Part shown: one piece after another, positions 1-12,256 of the stretch
How positions within the stretch are numbered: position 1 is the stretch's first letter
Layout of the letters: each line of letters begins with the position of its first letter
NCBI RefSeq assembly: GCF_036321535.1
Contig: NC_087437.1
Coordinates: 34,784,001-34,848,000, forward strand
Reading direction: 5' to 3'
DNA length: 64,000 nucleotides
Origin: Camelus dromedarius
Lineage: Eukaryota
Translations under genes and position numbers: made by a program
Notes under the pieces: model-generated
Seen by the model: the letters and a program-made list of their open reading frames with translations, nothing else
The model's database searches: none
Told to the model about the DNA's origin: nothing

Positions 1-475
1 AGCTAGTGAGGACTTAGTTCATGAAAACATGGCAACCTTTACAGTTTCATTCTGCTTTGTTGGAAGGATCCGTGTCCCGTGCATACTTTATGACTTACAT
101 CTCCTTTAGAAATAGCGAACATGTAGTACTTGATTCTTACTATTCTAGATGGTGATGTGCTCATGATGAGACTATTAATACTGGAATAATGATATATATC
201 ACCACATAATATAAACATTGAATGTCTAAGATTTTCAGCTTGAAACCACTTTAATGGGCCTGTCTTAAGAGCTGGAGGTGATAGCCATGGTGCTGCACAC
301 AGGGTGGTGATGGTAAAACAGCCTGTCCCCAGGCAGAGAACTCATTCCCCCTTGTGTCTTAGGTGCTCTACCTTCATTCATTGGGTATTTTGAGCAACTA
401 ATAAGACCTCTGATTACCTCTCTTTTTCTAATTCATCATCTCTCACACCAATTTTATACCCAAATAAAAGTTTTT

Positions 476-687
476 TCTTTTTGCTCTTCTTTTTCTAATT
501 CTTTTAGCTGGTAAGTTAAATTGTTTATTTGAGATTGTTATTCTCTGAGGAAGGCCTGTATCGCTGTAAACTTCCCTCTTAACACTGCCTTTGCTGCATC
601 CCATAGATTCTGTGTGGCTGTGTTTTCATTGTCATCTATCTCAAAGTATTTTTTAATTTCTTCTTTGATTTCATCATTGACCCATTG
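476..687 (-). mobile_element. L1 ORF2 (endonuclease-region) fragment
   Basis: Typical antisense L1 text: 'aaacttccctcttaacactgcctttgctgcatcccatagattc...tttaatttcttctttgatttcatcattgacccattg'. Confidence 0.85.
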
Positions 688-925
688 ACAAAAGCTTTTT
701 AAAATTGTCTTTTTGGACTCTTAGAATCAAATTATCTTACAACTCTTTAAAGTAACTGAGAGAAAAGATGATCAGCAAATAATATATTGTTACTGGAAAT
801 TACTGAACTGTTTTTGAATTTTTCGTGAACTTTTGAAAGTACCTTAAGCCTTAATTGATTTAGCAGGAATCTTAAAATAAGATTCCTATTTACATTTTGG
901 CCTAAAATCAGTTTCATGTTCTTTT

Positions 926-957
926 TTTGTTTGTTTGTTTGTTTGTTTGTTTGTTTT
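926..957. repeat. (TTTG)n microsatellite
   Basis: Directly visible; explains ORF 916-1098. Confidence 0.95.
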
Positions 958-2519
958 ACAATAGGACAGACAAGCTGGTTAATATGCTTTTTTCATTTCT
1001 ATCCTTTTATTTCAGGACATATATCTAAGTGTTACTCTAGGTTTTCCGTCTCCCCCTGCTTCTCCAATTTACACCTTACACTGTTAGGATGTAACTAAAA
1101 TTATATTCGTTATAGGTGACTTTCCTTGACACATCATATTTCCTAGTCTTCCCTTTCCTTTCTTTTCGTTGGGTGTTTAAATCTAGAAACTTTCCTCCTG
1201 AATAAACTATTTTTTAGTCAGTATTGCAAACAGGCAATTGTCAACCTCATCTTTGTAGGTGATATACTTGAAAATAGGATTCATTTTCTCCTTTGTTATT
1301 ATGATTAAAAAATAACGATACTGTTTTGGTGAACAGCTGGTGAAATGCGGCTGACCTGGTGCAGCTGGTGCGTGCGATCAGTCTGAAGGTTAATAAGCAG
1401 CTGTGCTGAAAGAGTCACTTTGGTTTAGTCCTTGTAATTGGCCACTTTCTTGGACATTGAGCTTCAAGACAGAATGTCTGTGACTCTTTAATGTATTTAA
1501 CATATTTTCAAAAATGATCAGAATTCAGGCCAAATAACTGTAACCACTTGATTTTCTACTGGATTATGTTTTGATTGTCAGTCTTGGAGGGAAGTTGAGA
1601 AGTATATAAGCCTTAGGCTGATACTGTAGAAGAGCTTCTAAAACTGAGGAATTGGAGGCATCTTGTTTTAATCCTTCGTAACCCAGCCACATGCGTCAAA
1701 CTGAGCACTCTTAAAACTTGATACTTTTAAAAGGGTAGGAGACCTATTTTTCTGTGTACGGTGGACAGATACTCAGGTGACACTTACTGCTGTTCACCTC
1801 TGTTCTCCTAACCCTGGTGTCAGAGAATGAAGGCTCTGTCATTTTTCACATGGGGAGAGAGGTGGCTGGCAGCAGGTACAATATCGATGACTTCCTGGAC
1901 TGTGGCTTGTCCTCAAGGTGCCCTGCCAAGACTTGAGTGTGGGGGGAGCTGGAGGCTTCGGGTCAGGTTTTAGGCCTCCCCTGCACTGCACGGCCAGCAC
2001 AGAAACCCCAGGAGTCCTGGCCTGTGTCAGCCCATGTCAGCCCTGACACCAAAGCAGGACCTAATTGTCACTGGCCCCTCTTCCTTGAATGTGTTTCAAT
2101 AAAAATCTGGTTTTTTCCCCCATTGGCTTTTTTCCACCTAAGACTAAATCTGAGGAATAGGGATCTAGTAATTGCAACTGCTTTATTTTACTGACATGGA
2201 CAAAGTTTAGTGACATTGTCATGATTTCAGTCTTAGTACAAAGTTATCTATACTTTAAATCAAACACACTTAATATTTGAATCTGAACATATTTAATATG
2301 ACAGTTAGTTTCTCTTTTCCAAAGTGAGGAAATTGCAAACAGGGCTTTAAGGACATCTCTTGTGTAGCTGGATAGAAACATTTCAGATTCATGAAACTTA
2401 ATACCTTTGCCCTTAAGTTACAGCTTTGGGTTGAAAACTCTGAGGTTCAGCCCTTTGTTCTCTAGGGGGATCTTTTGTTTGAATAGAATTTCTAGAGCTG
2501 TGCTATGAGCAGAAGTTGT

Positions 2520-2695
2520 ATCTGAGCTCTGGACTTGGAGTCTGGGCTTTACCACACACTTCCTTAGAACATATGCTTAAATCACGCAGCTCATCTAATG
2601 CTAGATTTCCTCGTCTGTGCAATGATGTCTTGCTCCCCAGGGTGTTGTGAGGTTTTCACGAACTCATGAAATCTAGTAGTACAGCACCTGGGACG
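2520..2695 (+). mobile_element. MIR SINE, degraded
   Basis: MIR core-like 'atttcctcgtctgtgcaatg', 'agggtgttgtgagg', 'tagtacagcacctgg'. Confidence 0.6.
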
Positions 2696-2824
2696 GAGGA
2701 GCTTCCTTCTTCTTTCCCTTCTCTCCAGCCCACGTTAATAACTGGACTTTTAGGAGCATTAGGGTAGAGGTAGGGCTTTAAAGTGATCATTATCATCGTA
2801 GTGACAACATAACTATTTAGACAT

Positions 2825-3015
2825 AAAATTTTCTGCCTCTTTTGTGAATTTCCTATTCATATCCTTTACCCATTTCCTTATTGTTTGCTCATCTTTGGTT
2901 TGATTCGTAAAAGCTCCTAGCTGTTAAACCTTATGTTAGACATGTTGTAAATATTTTTTCTGTTTTGCCTTTTAACAGTATAGATGGTAATTTTTGCTGT
3001 GTAGAAGTTTAAAGG
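2825..3015 (-). mobile_element. Old L1 (L1M-type) ORF2 3' fragment
   Basis: 'tgtgaatttcctattcatatcctttacccattt...gttgtaaatattttttc...ttttgctgtgtagaagttt'. Confidence 0.7.
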
Positions 3016-4254
3016 TTTGCTTTCATGTCATGAGATCTGTTGTTTTTCTTCGGATATAAGAGCCGTTGATTATGTGGCATACATGGATTTTAGATATCTC
3101 AAAATGTGAAAAAACAAAGTGTTGTATTCAATAGAGTAAAGTCTAATCTTTTTTTCATAGTTCCTGCCTTTGGAGTTGCATGTGTGCGTTTGTGTATACA
3201 AATGTTTGTATGTATGTAAATTGGGCTTATTTTCAGGACTTAAAGGAAAGATGTTGCAGCCATGACTGGGTATGGGAATGTTCTTTCTAGCCAAGAAAAT
3301 TCTGGAAAGAATGTAGTTGCATAGAGCTCAGAAGCCCTGGCATGTACTTCTGGTATTGCTGTGGGATAATTTAGCCTTGCCTTGTCTGTTGTGGCCATAA
3401 TCACATACTGCGTGTCCAGCTGTCACTGTAACTTGGTCCCTCCTGATAGCTATCTCTGTGGTGGCAACAACTCAGAATTTGCCCTGAGGACTGGATTAGC
3501 ATTGCTTGCCAGCACCTGCCACTAACTTAAGGAGAAAGGAGGGGAGGGGGATGCTGAACCCTGTAAAGCAGGCCACAAAGTAGAAGGCTAAGGTACCAGG
3601 TAAAGGCTCTCCAGTCAGAGAGCTATGACTACTCCTTCACCACAGCAGGAAAGTTGTCCTGCCCTCCTCTCCAGAAATGAGTCAAGGTTGGACTGAGGCC
3701 AACAAGCAACTGTCCTCCTAAAGTAATCCAAGAATATAAGACTGTAATACAAGTTTGTCTCTTTGGGAGTCAAGACACCAGAAGTGTCTAAATAGTTCAA
3801 AAAGGACTTTAAATGCATTATACATTTTAAAAAACCATGCCACTGTAATAATTAAGAGCTACATGTTCTGGTGCAGGGCATAGTAATCACCAGCAAATCA
3901 TTAGCTTATGATGTCACAGTGTCCTGAGACCTACAACACAGACAGGGCGGGGGACACCCACAGAACACTGCATCTCCGTGGTAATTCATGAATTGTGACA
4001 GTTCTTTGTCATGTCTATGCTTTGGCAGGTAATGGTGTCTTTACAGCCATTGAATCTAAAGGCTTAAGATTGTAATTTGTTGTCTGAAGCTGATAATTAG
4101 ACTTACTGAGGTCCCCCCACATAAGATACGCCCTTAAAATTTATGAAAATAGAATAATAGGGAATTATTTAATTTGTCTTTTGTAATGTTTCATTTAATC
4201 AAATATTGTAGCATGGTTTTTGCTCTTGGTAAATCCTGAAATAAAAATGGTGAT

Positions 4255-4284
4255 GATAATAATAATAATTAATAATAATAAATA
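4255..4284. repeat. (AAT)n simple repeat, imperfect
   Basis: Directly visible. Confidence 0.85.
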
Positions 4285-4689
4285 AGAGTGAAGGTAGCTG
4301 GGTGAAAGAGTAGTTATTTTTAAATTTTAATAGACAAGTGGGACATGCGCATCATCTATTGAGCACACCTTTGTAATTTCTCAGAAATTAAATAGCTTGA
4401 CCCTTTGATTAAATCCAAAGCTGGAAATTTTAAAAGGTAACTTCAGAGTAATTGGTTTGAAATCCAAGGACCTATTCCGGGATGCTTTAGAAATTTTACT
4501 CCCTGTTTACCCCAGCTTTTAAAATGTGTGTAAATGTCAAGGCTTCAGTTTTAAAGTCTGCTGTTAGACTTCTCTAAACTGTTCTCTTATAATTGGCCTT
4601 GTTTGAATCCTTTTTGGATTTGAACTTGAGTGAGAAGAGGAGATGATTTGGGAGAAGTATTTAACAGTGGGATCTAAAAACCAAAACAA

Positions 4690-4895
4690 AAAGAGATTGA
4701 AGGGACAGTTCTGATTTATTCCAGAGGAGCAAGGCTAGAAAGGTGATACATTATTGTGAAGGTCTTCCTGCATATGAAGTGTTTGGTTTTAGTCTGTGGG
4801 GATTAGCTGTTCTTCATCTCTGCAAAGGGCAAAATCAAAGGAAATGGTTTTAAGACCAAAACATGAAGAGGTCAAGGTTAGACAAAGAATTGTTT
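4690..4895 (+). mobile_element. CR1/L3 LINE 3' fragment
   Basis: Resembles the CR1/L3 ORF2 end: 'aggctagaaaggtga...gtcttcctgcatatgaag...agctgttcttcatctc...aggaaatggttttaa...aggttagaca'. Confidence 0.65.
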
Positions 4896-5749
4896 AGAAA
4901 TGCTCGTTTGTTAAACTAAGTACCTCAACCTTCTAAACAAGACTAAAAACACCAATAATGCTACCCTGTTAATCTGATTTGGTTGTAGAATCTTGACTCT
5001 TCCTAGATGGCCTTTAAACTAATATGGAATGGTTAGCTATGTCTCAAAGTTATTTCCAGTTCTATGATTTAGTGATTTATTTTATTTTAGCAGACTCTGT
5101 AGCTAAATTATGTACTTATTTCCTTCCTTTTGTTCCTCTCTGCCTCTTTTTTGGGGGTGTAATATTGAGGAGTATTTTACATTTAGGTGTCATTTTAAGA
5201 AATTCATGTTAAAGTGGCCCCATTTACTGTGGTTTGTGTTGTATGTTTGGATATCGTAATTAGAACATTTTTATTGAGAAGGAAATGTCCACTTTTGTGT
5301 TCTAACTAAAGCATCCTTTTAATCTCTTACTCATTTTTTCAAGCAGTCCTTGAACACTAAAGTTACATGTAACACAGATCTCTTGTCCATCTTCCTCAGA
5401 ACAATAATTTACAGAGAAATAAGTCTTTGCCCAAAATGAGATGCTCCTGTAGCGCTGCAAGGCTGTACGGGCTTTTAGCATGCACTGAACCTAACAGCTG
5501 GAAATGACTCAGTAGTTTAAGAAGTGTGTGTTTTCTGTCATTTTGCAGGGTGAGGGGTGAGGCTAAGAGACAAGGCATCTTAATTTTGGAGGGAAATGGT
5601 TTAGGGAGTTATTTATTGTTTCCACCTGTCTGGAAGAAATGAACAGTCCTTACAGAAGATGTCACTGGCCTGAATTACATTTTTAAAATAATCCATTATT
5701 ATTTTCTTTCTTCTTTTTTCTACTTTTTTATCCTCTCTCTCTTTAAAGC

Positions 5750-5860
5750 TTCAACAACAACTCAGTATTTATTGAGCACTGCCATATTGCTGCATAGTAG
5801 GAACTGGGCACATAACGGTGAACAAAACAGGTCAGGTCCTTGCCCTCATAGAGGTGACGT
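5750..5860 (-). mobile_element. L2 3' end fragment
   Basis: 'tatttattgagcac...ggtgaacaaaacagg...ccttgccctcatagag'. Confidence 0.7.
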
Positions 5861-6038
5861 TTTATCCATTATTTTGTGCTCACTTACAGGACAAGGCGTA
5901 AACCAGAATTAGTGCCTGAGATGTAGCACATAGTCAATATTTCAACTGTATTTTAATTTATTGTTAACGTAATATAGGAAAACACTAAATATACTACTAG
6001 TTTTACACACCTGAAATTTGTATAAAGGCATTAGGTAT

Positions 6039-6229
6039 AAGTCATCCTTCGGTATCTGCAGGAGATTTTTTCTAGGATACCCGGGGATGCCAAAATCTGG
6101 ATGCTCAAATTTCTCATACAAAATGATGTGGTAACACTAGGCCCTTGAAGGGATCCACAGATTCAGAAATTTGATCCTCAATAGTTTGAAACCATAGACG
6201 TGGAACCCGCAGGTACAGCAAGTCTACTG
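6039..6229. mobile_element. Tigger-family (TcMar) MITE, MER2/MER8-like
   Basis: Left end 'agtcatccttcggtatctgcaggagatt...ccaaaatctggatgctcaa'; right end 'gtggaacccgcagg...tactg' followed by TA. Confidence 0.75.
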
Positions 6230-6979
6230 TACTGTTTGGGGTTTGGAGAGAATCATTTACTTATCTGTCAACATTTGCATTCAAAAGGTTGTGAGGGGTT
6301 TAGATAGATCCTTTATCCTAATATTAGGTGGTGTCTAACATGGTTTTTAAAAAATTAATGTGCAAAATTTCCTTCCATAGGAACAGTCACCTTGGCATGG
6401 AAAGTTTTCTGTCCCACCGTAACAGGGCACCTCCTTTCCTGCTGTTAGTACAGGTGAAGCAAGGGAAGTCTGTCTGTTCAGGCTAAGGCAAGGGTGGGTT
6501 TAAGGTTCTAATGAGCATGTGGGCATCCCTTTCCCTTAAAAGCCATGTTCTAAATACTGCTCTTATTTTGTAAACAATATTGCTAGCTCTAGTCGGCTGT
6601 AGACATTTTAAAACCAATTAGATATTTATGTGCATTTATTCATTGTTTGGAAAATTTTATTTTAAATTCAAAACACCTGACCTATAGGTAGACTTTGAAA
6701 TATCTGGTGTGTACAAGCCCATCCACCATGAAGAGAACAGGTAGATTTCTACTTCTGGGATGTGCATACTTGTGTTAGAATTCGACCTGCTCCAGTAGAG
6801 TCATGATCTTAGTTAACCTCATACACTTCACTGTGAGGAATTTACATCATGGAATGAATATTTGGCCTTTATTCCAGGATGAAACCTGGTCATTAACCAG
6901 GCTCTTTTCTTACTCTTTGCTTCCAGAAAATGGTATGATCTTTCTTTTCAAAGTTGTTGAGGACTGTTAGTTTTCTGTG

Positions 6980-7497
6980 TATGTCAGACATCTGCTGGGG
7001 TTTTTGGCTACTGAACCTCTGTTCTTACTTGGGGTGAATTATTTTCCATATGGGCCCCTGTGGGAGGCAGGATTTCTCCTCCAAAAGGGACCAGATCCTC
7101 CTCCTTCCTGTCCCTGGGATGCTAGGTCTCAGGCATGTGACTTAGGCCAAGCCAATCAGAATTACTCAGAATTTGGAATCTTGAGAGTGTGACTCAAAGA
7201 AGCATTGACATTTTGTTCTTGTTAGCAGTCGTGGTGTTGAGAGCCCAGCAACACCACTGTCCAGTCATAGCAGTGGTGGTGAGAAGGGTGTATTAACCAG
7301 CTTCTTTGTGGCCCAGACTCCTGTTTCCCAGCCTCCCTCCATCCTCCCTTGATTCTGGCTCATTTCCAGGCCAGGTTTTCAGCTTTTCCTTTGAGCTTAA
7401 AATTCTCAGCACCCTTCAAATGAACTCTTTTTTTTTTCTTCTTTAAGTCTCCCTAACTTGGTTTCTATTGCTTTTAACCAAGTACTCTGACTGTTTC
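6980..7497 (+). mobile_element. ERVL solo LTR, LTR33-like
   Basis: Start 'tgtcagacatctgctg', internal 'gcatgtgacttaggccaagccaatcaga', end 'ggtttctattgcttttaaccaagtactctgactg'. Confidence 0.75.
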
Positions 7498-7514
7498 GTT
7501 GTGGGAAATCTAAT

Positions 7515-8090
7515 TGTGGCTGATTACATTTTCCAAAAATGATCCCACCAATATGTTTCCCACGCGATTGCTCTTCTTACAGTGTGGTTTTACAGTCCTC
7601 CAGTGAGAGGTGGGACATCTCTGTTCCCACTCCTTAAACCTGGGTGGATCAACAGAATGTGGTGGAATTACCGATAGGGGTTACGTCCAAGGTGAGGCCA
7701 TAAAAGATAACACTGTTTCCTCCTGGTTCTCTTTCTTTCTTGTGGCCTATGCCTTGTGAGCCCTGAGTCCAGATGCTCTGAATCTCCCACGTTGGGGAGA
7801 TCACATGGAAAGGCTACATGGGGTTGGGGGGGGGGTGCCAGAGGAGCCCCAGCTGTTCTAGCTCCCAGCTGATCGAGTTTTCCCTGTTTAGATGACGTTT
7901 AGCCATGTGAGTGAGTAAGCTTTTCAGATGATGTCAGCCCCAGCCTTTGAGCTGGCCCAGCAGATGCTGAGTGGAGCAGAAATAATATCTTCATTGAGCC
8001 CTGTCCAGATTGCAGATTCATGAACAAAATAAACATTGCTATTGTCTGAAGCCGCTTTGGGTTTATTATGCAGCATTATCTTTCTGGAAC
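7515..8090 (+). mobile_element. MaLR solo LTR, MLT1G/H-like
   Basis: TG start 'tgtggctgattacattttccaaaaatg'; 3' 'gagccctgtccagattgcagattcatgaacaaaataaa...ttatgcagca'. Confidence 0.85.
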
Positions 8091-8574
8091 TATAGCTATT
8101 ATAAACATGCAAACTAGGACACCTGAGTTGCAAATCCTAGCATAGAATCACGCCTTCAGATTCTTAAAAGGCAGAGTTACTGATATGGAATGGACTTACT
8201 GATCTAGTTTCCCCCTTTTGCATTTTACAGATTGAGAGGTACTCGTTTGGTCTTCTGTAGATTACTTGGTTGGAATAGCATTACAGAGCTTTACAAAATA
8301 TTGTGGCTGTCTTCAATATCGAGATGTTAAAAATATTTGTTTCCCAAATATTTATGGTAGCTTTACACCTGATTCCACCATGACCATGACACAGTGTTGC
8401 CTGGCAGTGCCCTGTGTGTGGGTCATCGCTAACTGTAAATTTATTTCCTCCAGTAAGAGTCTAATACATCTTTCAAGAGGCAAGATGACAACCCTACTTT
8501 TCTCTTGGGTTGGATGTCCCACTTAACAGAAGGGGGTTTAGAGGGAGTTTTAGAAATTAAGTAAAAATGGCCAA

Positions 8575-8805
8575 AAGTTATTGAGGATTTACCATGTGCC
8601 AGGCACTATGCTGCGTGCCTCCAGGTCATCTCATTTAATCATCACAGCCATCTTATGAGGTACATTTTATGACTCTCCCTGTTTTATGGGTGAGACAGCA
8701 CATTTAGGTTTAAGTAAATGTCCAGGTCACATAGCTAGCAGCTGGGATTTGAACCCAGGACTGTATGTGTGTCCAGGGTCAGTGTATTTGTAACCACCAT
8801 GCTGT
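8575..8805 (-). mobile_element. MIR SINE
   Basis: 'ttattgaggatttaccatgtgccaggcactatgct...tcatttaatcatcacagcc...ctgggatttgaacccagg'. Confidence 0.85.
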
Positions 8806-8901
8806 ACAGCCAGAGTGGCTGTGAGTGATGCTTCAGTGTTTTAGTTCACTTCTCCCTCTTCCTCATCCTAGATTACCTTTAAGGCCCCTAACTGTCAACG
8901 A

Positions 8902-8903
<2 letters not shown>

Positions 8904-8972
<69 letters not shown>
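8904..8972. repeat. Compound microsatellite (AC)15(CT)20
   Basis: Directly visible; the two tracts share the C at 8933. Confidence 0.97.
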
Positions 8973-8973
<1 letters not shown>

Positions 8974-10676
8974 GCCCTTTTCACACATTTCTCTTTTGAA
9001 GATACATTTTTTCATACCTTCTCCCATTTGCTATAAGCCCTGATCTTGACGTATTTTAAGGGGCTCCATGTTTTTAGGAAAAGATTGAGAACATAAGCTT
9101 TATGGGGATCTTAAGGGCCTCTGTGGCGTCTGTGTTCGCCAATCCTTAGAATCACTTCTATTATTTTGTAGGAATTGCACAAGTATCCAAATGATGCAGA
9201 ATAATTTATCCTTCATGATGACACTAATTGTTAAGTATTTAAACTAGAAGATTCCTACCTCGAGTACTTCAAATTTGAGTGACTGTGACAGTGATTCAAG
9301 GGTCTGAGGGCTTCTGAAGGAAAAACCTGGAGACCGTTGTTTTGTGTGTGTGGATGTGTACCCTGCCGCCCTTGCTACCTGGGATGATGTCAGCAAACTA
9401 TGCTGACGTGGAGTCGAAGGAGAACAAGGAAAATTACACTGCTGTTGCGTGAGGTCCCGATGACTGTAGTGCTTGTTTTTAATACGTACATCACGCCTAG
9501 CTTCCTCAGCATAGATGATTTATGGGAGAAAACTGGTCAACAAGATGTTAGAAGAAATTCACCTCTGGGCCCCTCACCAAATCCCAGATCTCCTCTCTGA
9601 AGGTCCTCCTCTACATTACTGCAGACCCTGTGCTATCACATGTGCCAGCACCACCGAGTTTTATATTTAGAGGAATTGATTTCCTAGCAAACAACAAGCC
9701 CCTGGAAGCTCAGCACTTCTTAATACTCTGCATCGAGTTACCAGAAGTCCTTTTAATATAGAGGCTTTGTGAGGGCATGATTGTAATGGTCAGAGTTGTC
9801 TTATTGGGGAGGTGGGCGTGTCTTATTTTCCCTAATGACATAGAAGGGAATGAAAAAAAGACTTCATGTTGTTTTTATCTTGCACACAGCAACCTGAGCC
9901 CAACAGGCGACAAAAAGCCTTTGCTGTTTTTATATTCTTTGAGAATGACGTCTGCATCTAGGCTGAAGACCCCCAACTACAGAGGAAAAGAAGTTTTACA
10001 AATTAGCCACAGAGAAAGGGACATTGCCACATTCTAGGGCATCTAGGTTTGCAAGAATCCAGCCAAGGACACAGCTTTGCCTTATTTCTTACGTCTAATA
10101 TTTGCTCTGGTGTTTCACTGCAGGGACCTAGATTTAACTGGAATGCTCTTCTAAGGGCTATTTATTATGAGCCGTGTGTGTTATAAGTATAAATCCATCT
10201 TCAAATATTATATTCACAATTTAAATATTCACAGTTTAAAAATTCTTCTTAGATAGCTTTATTTTCAGCAGAGGGTCTTCCTTTTTTTTTCCCATCAGGC
10301 AGGAGAGAGAGCTGACCTTTGTCATCCTTAGAGTTCTTCCCAACTCCCAGTTCACGGCGAGCTGGGGATGCCCAGTCATTTCTGCTGAGATGCCTCTTGT
10401 CTCAGTGTGCACTTCCTCTTAACGTCTAACAGCTCTCTGTTGCTTTCTGACTGTACGTGGCTCGTAGAAATCATTTTGTTTGTTGAGGCTGGGCACCCAT
10501 TGCGTGCCATCTCCTCTCCATAGGTCATTCCTTACATTGGCCCAGCTGGACCGCATGCAGATGATTCAGCTCACACATGCATTGGCATATGCAAACAAAA
10601 GCTTTTCTTATCTTTACTTAGAATTGGAGTCAGGTCTAGAGAGAAGCCATGGAAGAGAAATTCCAGGGTTGGGACC

Positions 10677-11044
10677 TGTATTAGTCTCTTCAGGCTGCTG
10701 TAACAAAATATGATGGGACTGGATTGCTTAAACCACATTTATTTCTCACAGCTCTGGGCAGTCCAAGATCGAGGTGCCGGCAGATTTGGTTCCTGGTGAA
10801 AGCCCTCTTCCAGGTTTACAGACAGCTGCCACCTCACTGTGTCCTTGCCTGGTGGAGTGAGAGAGAGCGCGTGCATGAGTAAGCTCTCTGATGTCTCACG
10901 AGGGCACCAATCCCATCCTGAGGGCCCCATCCTCATGACCTCATCTAAGCCTAATTACCCCTCAAAGGCCCCACGTCCAAATACCACTGGAGTTAATTTC
11001 AAGACGTAAATTTTCAGGGCATACAAACATTTCAGTCCGAAACA
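10677..11044 (-). mobile_element. MaLR solo LTR, MLT1A-like
   Basis: TG...CA bounded; 'tgtattagtctcttcaggctgctgtaacaaaata...gtccaagatcgaggtgccggcagatttggttcctggtga...catttcagtccgaaaca'. Confidence 0.9.
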
Positions 11045-12069
11045 GGGTCCCTTTTCAGATCAGCTGGATGAACCTACAGATGTGTTAACTGGAAAAGCAG
11101 AAGAACCTAGGAGAAGCATCTCCCTCTTAAACGTGCAGACACTTCTTAAAAATATCAGTTCCAGGACAGGGGAGGCACAGGTGATCCTTTCCATCGTAAT
11201 GTGGAACATCTCTGCATATTCAATTTAATAGGATATGTGCTCAATGCTAACAGCATGTCTGAACAAATTTCATTTATTTATGCCAGGTGGAGGAATTCCG
11301 CTGTGGTTAGATCCTCCCCAGAAACCACCACTAAGCTCTGACGTTTATTAAACTCAGAACCTGAATCATTAGCAACTAGTTCCACTTTGCTCAAGGATAG
11401 TGAGGACACCCTGTGTATGAGGGGAAGTATTTGCCTTTTATGTTTTGAATGTAGCAAAGAAGGCAAACAGAACCACATCTTCATATTAAGGGTTTGGAAG
11501 GTTATATCCTGCCACAGGAGTGACTAATGAGCATTCCCATGTATGTGGCCCTGATTGTGTGCTTCTGAGAAGAAAATGCTACTTCTTCTTTCTCCCCTCT
11601 CTATTCAAGGTTGCCCAGCCTTTGGGGGGAAATATTGTGTGTAACTTCTAATTTTTTTTTCAGTTGGATTAGCCACATTCTGAAGCTGAGCAGTTCCATC
11701 CCAAGAATGAATGAATCCTCTCTAGACTGTAGATTGGAGAACTAGAGCCTTTTATGCCTAGATCTTAATTAAGGAAACTAGATCTATCTCAGGTAGATGG
11801 GAGTATCAGACTCACAAAGAGAGAGCTCTCCCCAAGGACCCCTCCCTGTTCCTGTCACCATGAATGCTCATTATGTTTCCTTTGGCTCACTGGCTCTAGA
11901 TGAGGTACTGATGGGCGAGGGAAAGCAAAGGGACAAGAGGAGGGGATTTTTGCCCCAAGGATCTGATAAATTAACTGGAGAATGTATACACATGAATATG
12001 TTTAGTAACAATTTCGGCTGCATGTGATTAAAAGCAAGAATGAATTGGAAGATAGTTTCTGGAGGACTT

Positions 12070-12256
12070 GGTTCATCGAGTTGGAATCCCATGGGATGCT
12101 TGTTGGTGAAACACAGTCTTGGGTTTTACCCTCCGGAGTTTCTGATTCTATCAGTCTGGGGCGGGGCCAGTAATCGGGATTTCTAACAAGTTCCCAGCTG
12201 GTGCTGCTGCTGCTGCTGCTGCTGCTGATTCGGAGGCCACAGTTGCTGACTGCTGC
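12070..12256. mobile_element. hAT-Charlie MITE MER5A containing a (TGC)8 tract
   Basis: 'gagtttctgattc...gtctggggcggggcc...atttctaacaagttcccag...tgctgctg'. Confidence 0.8.

Noticed and set aside
1690..2150. Possible old LTR (GC-richer stretch ending near AATAAA at 2098); similar impression for 3430-4000
   Set aside because: I could not assign termini, a TSD or a family by eye; a Dfam search is needed.
7820..7835. G-quadruplex
   Set aside because: It is a short homopolymer expansion inside an MLT1 LTR, with no evidence of function.
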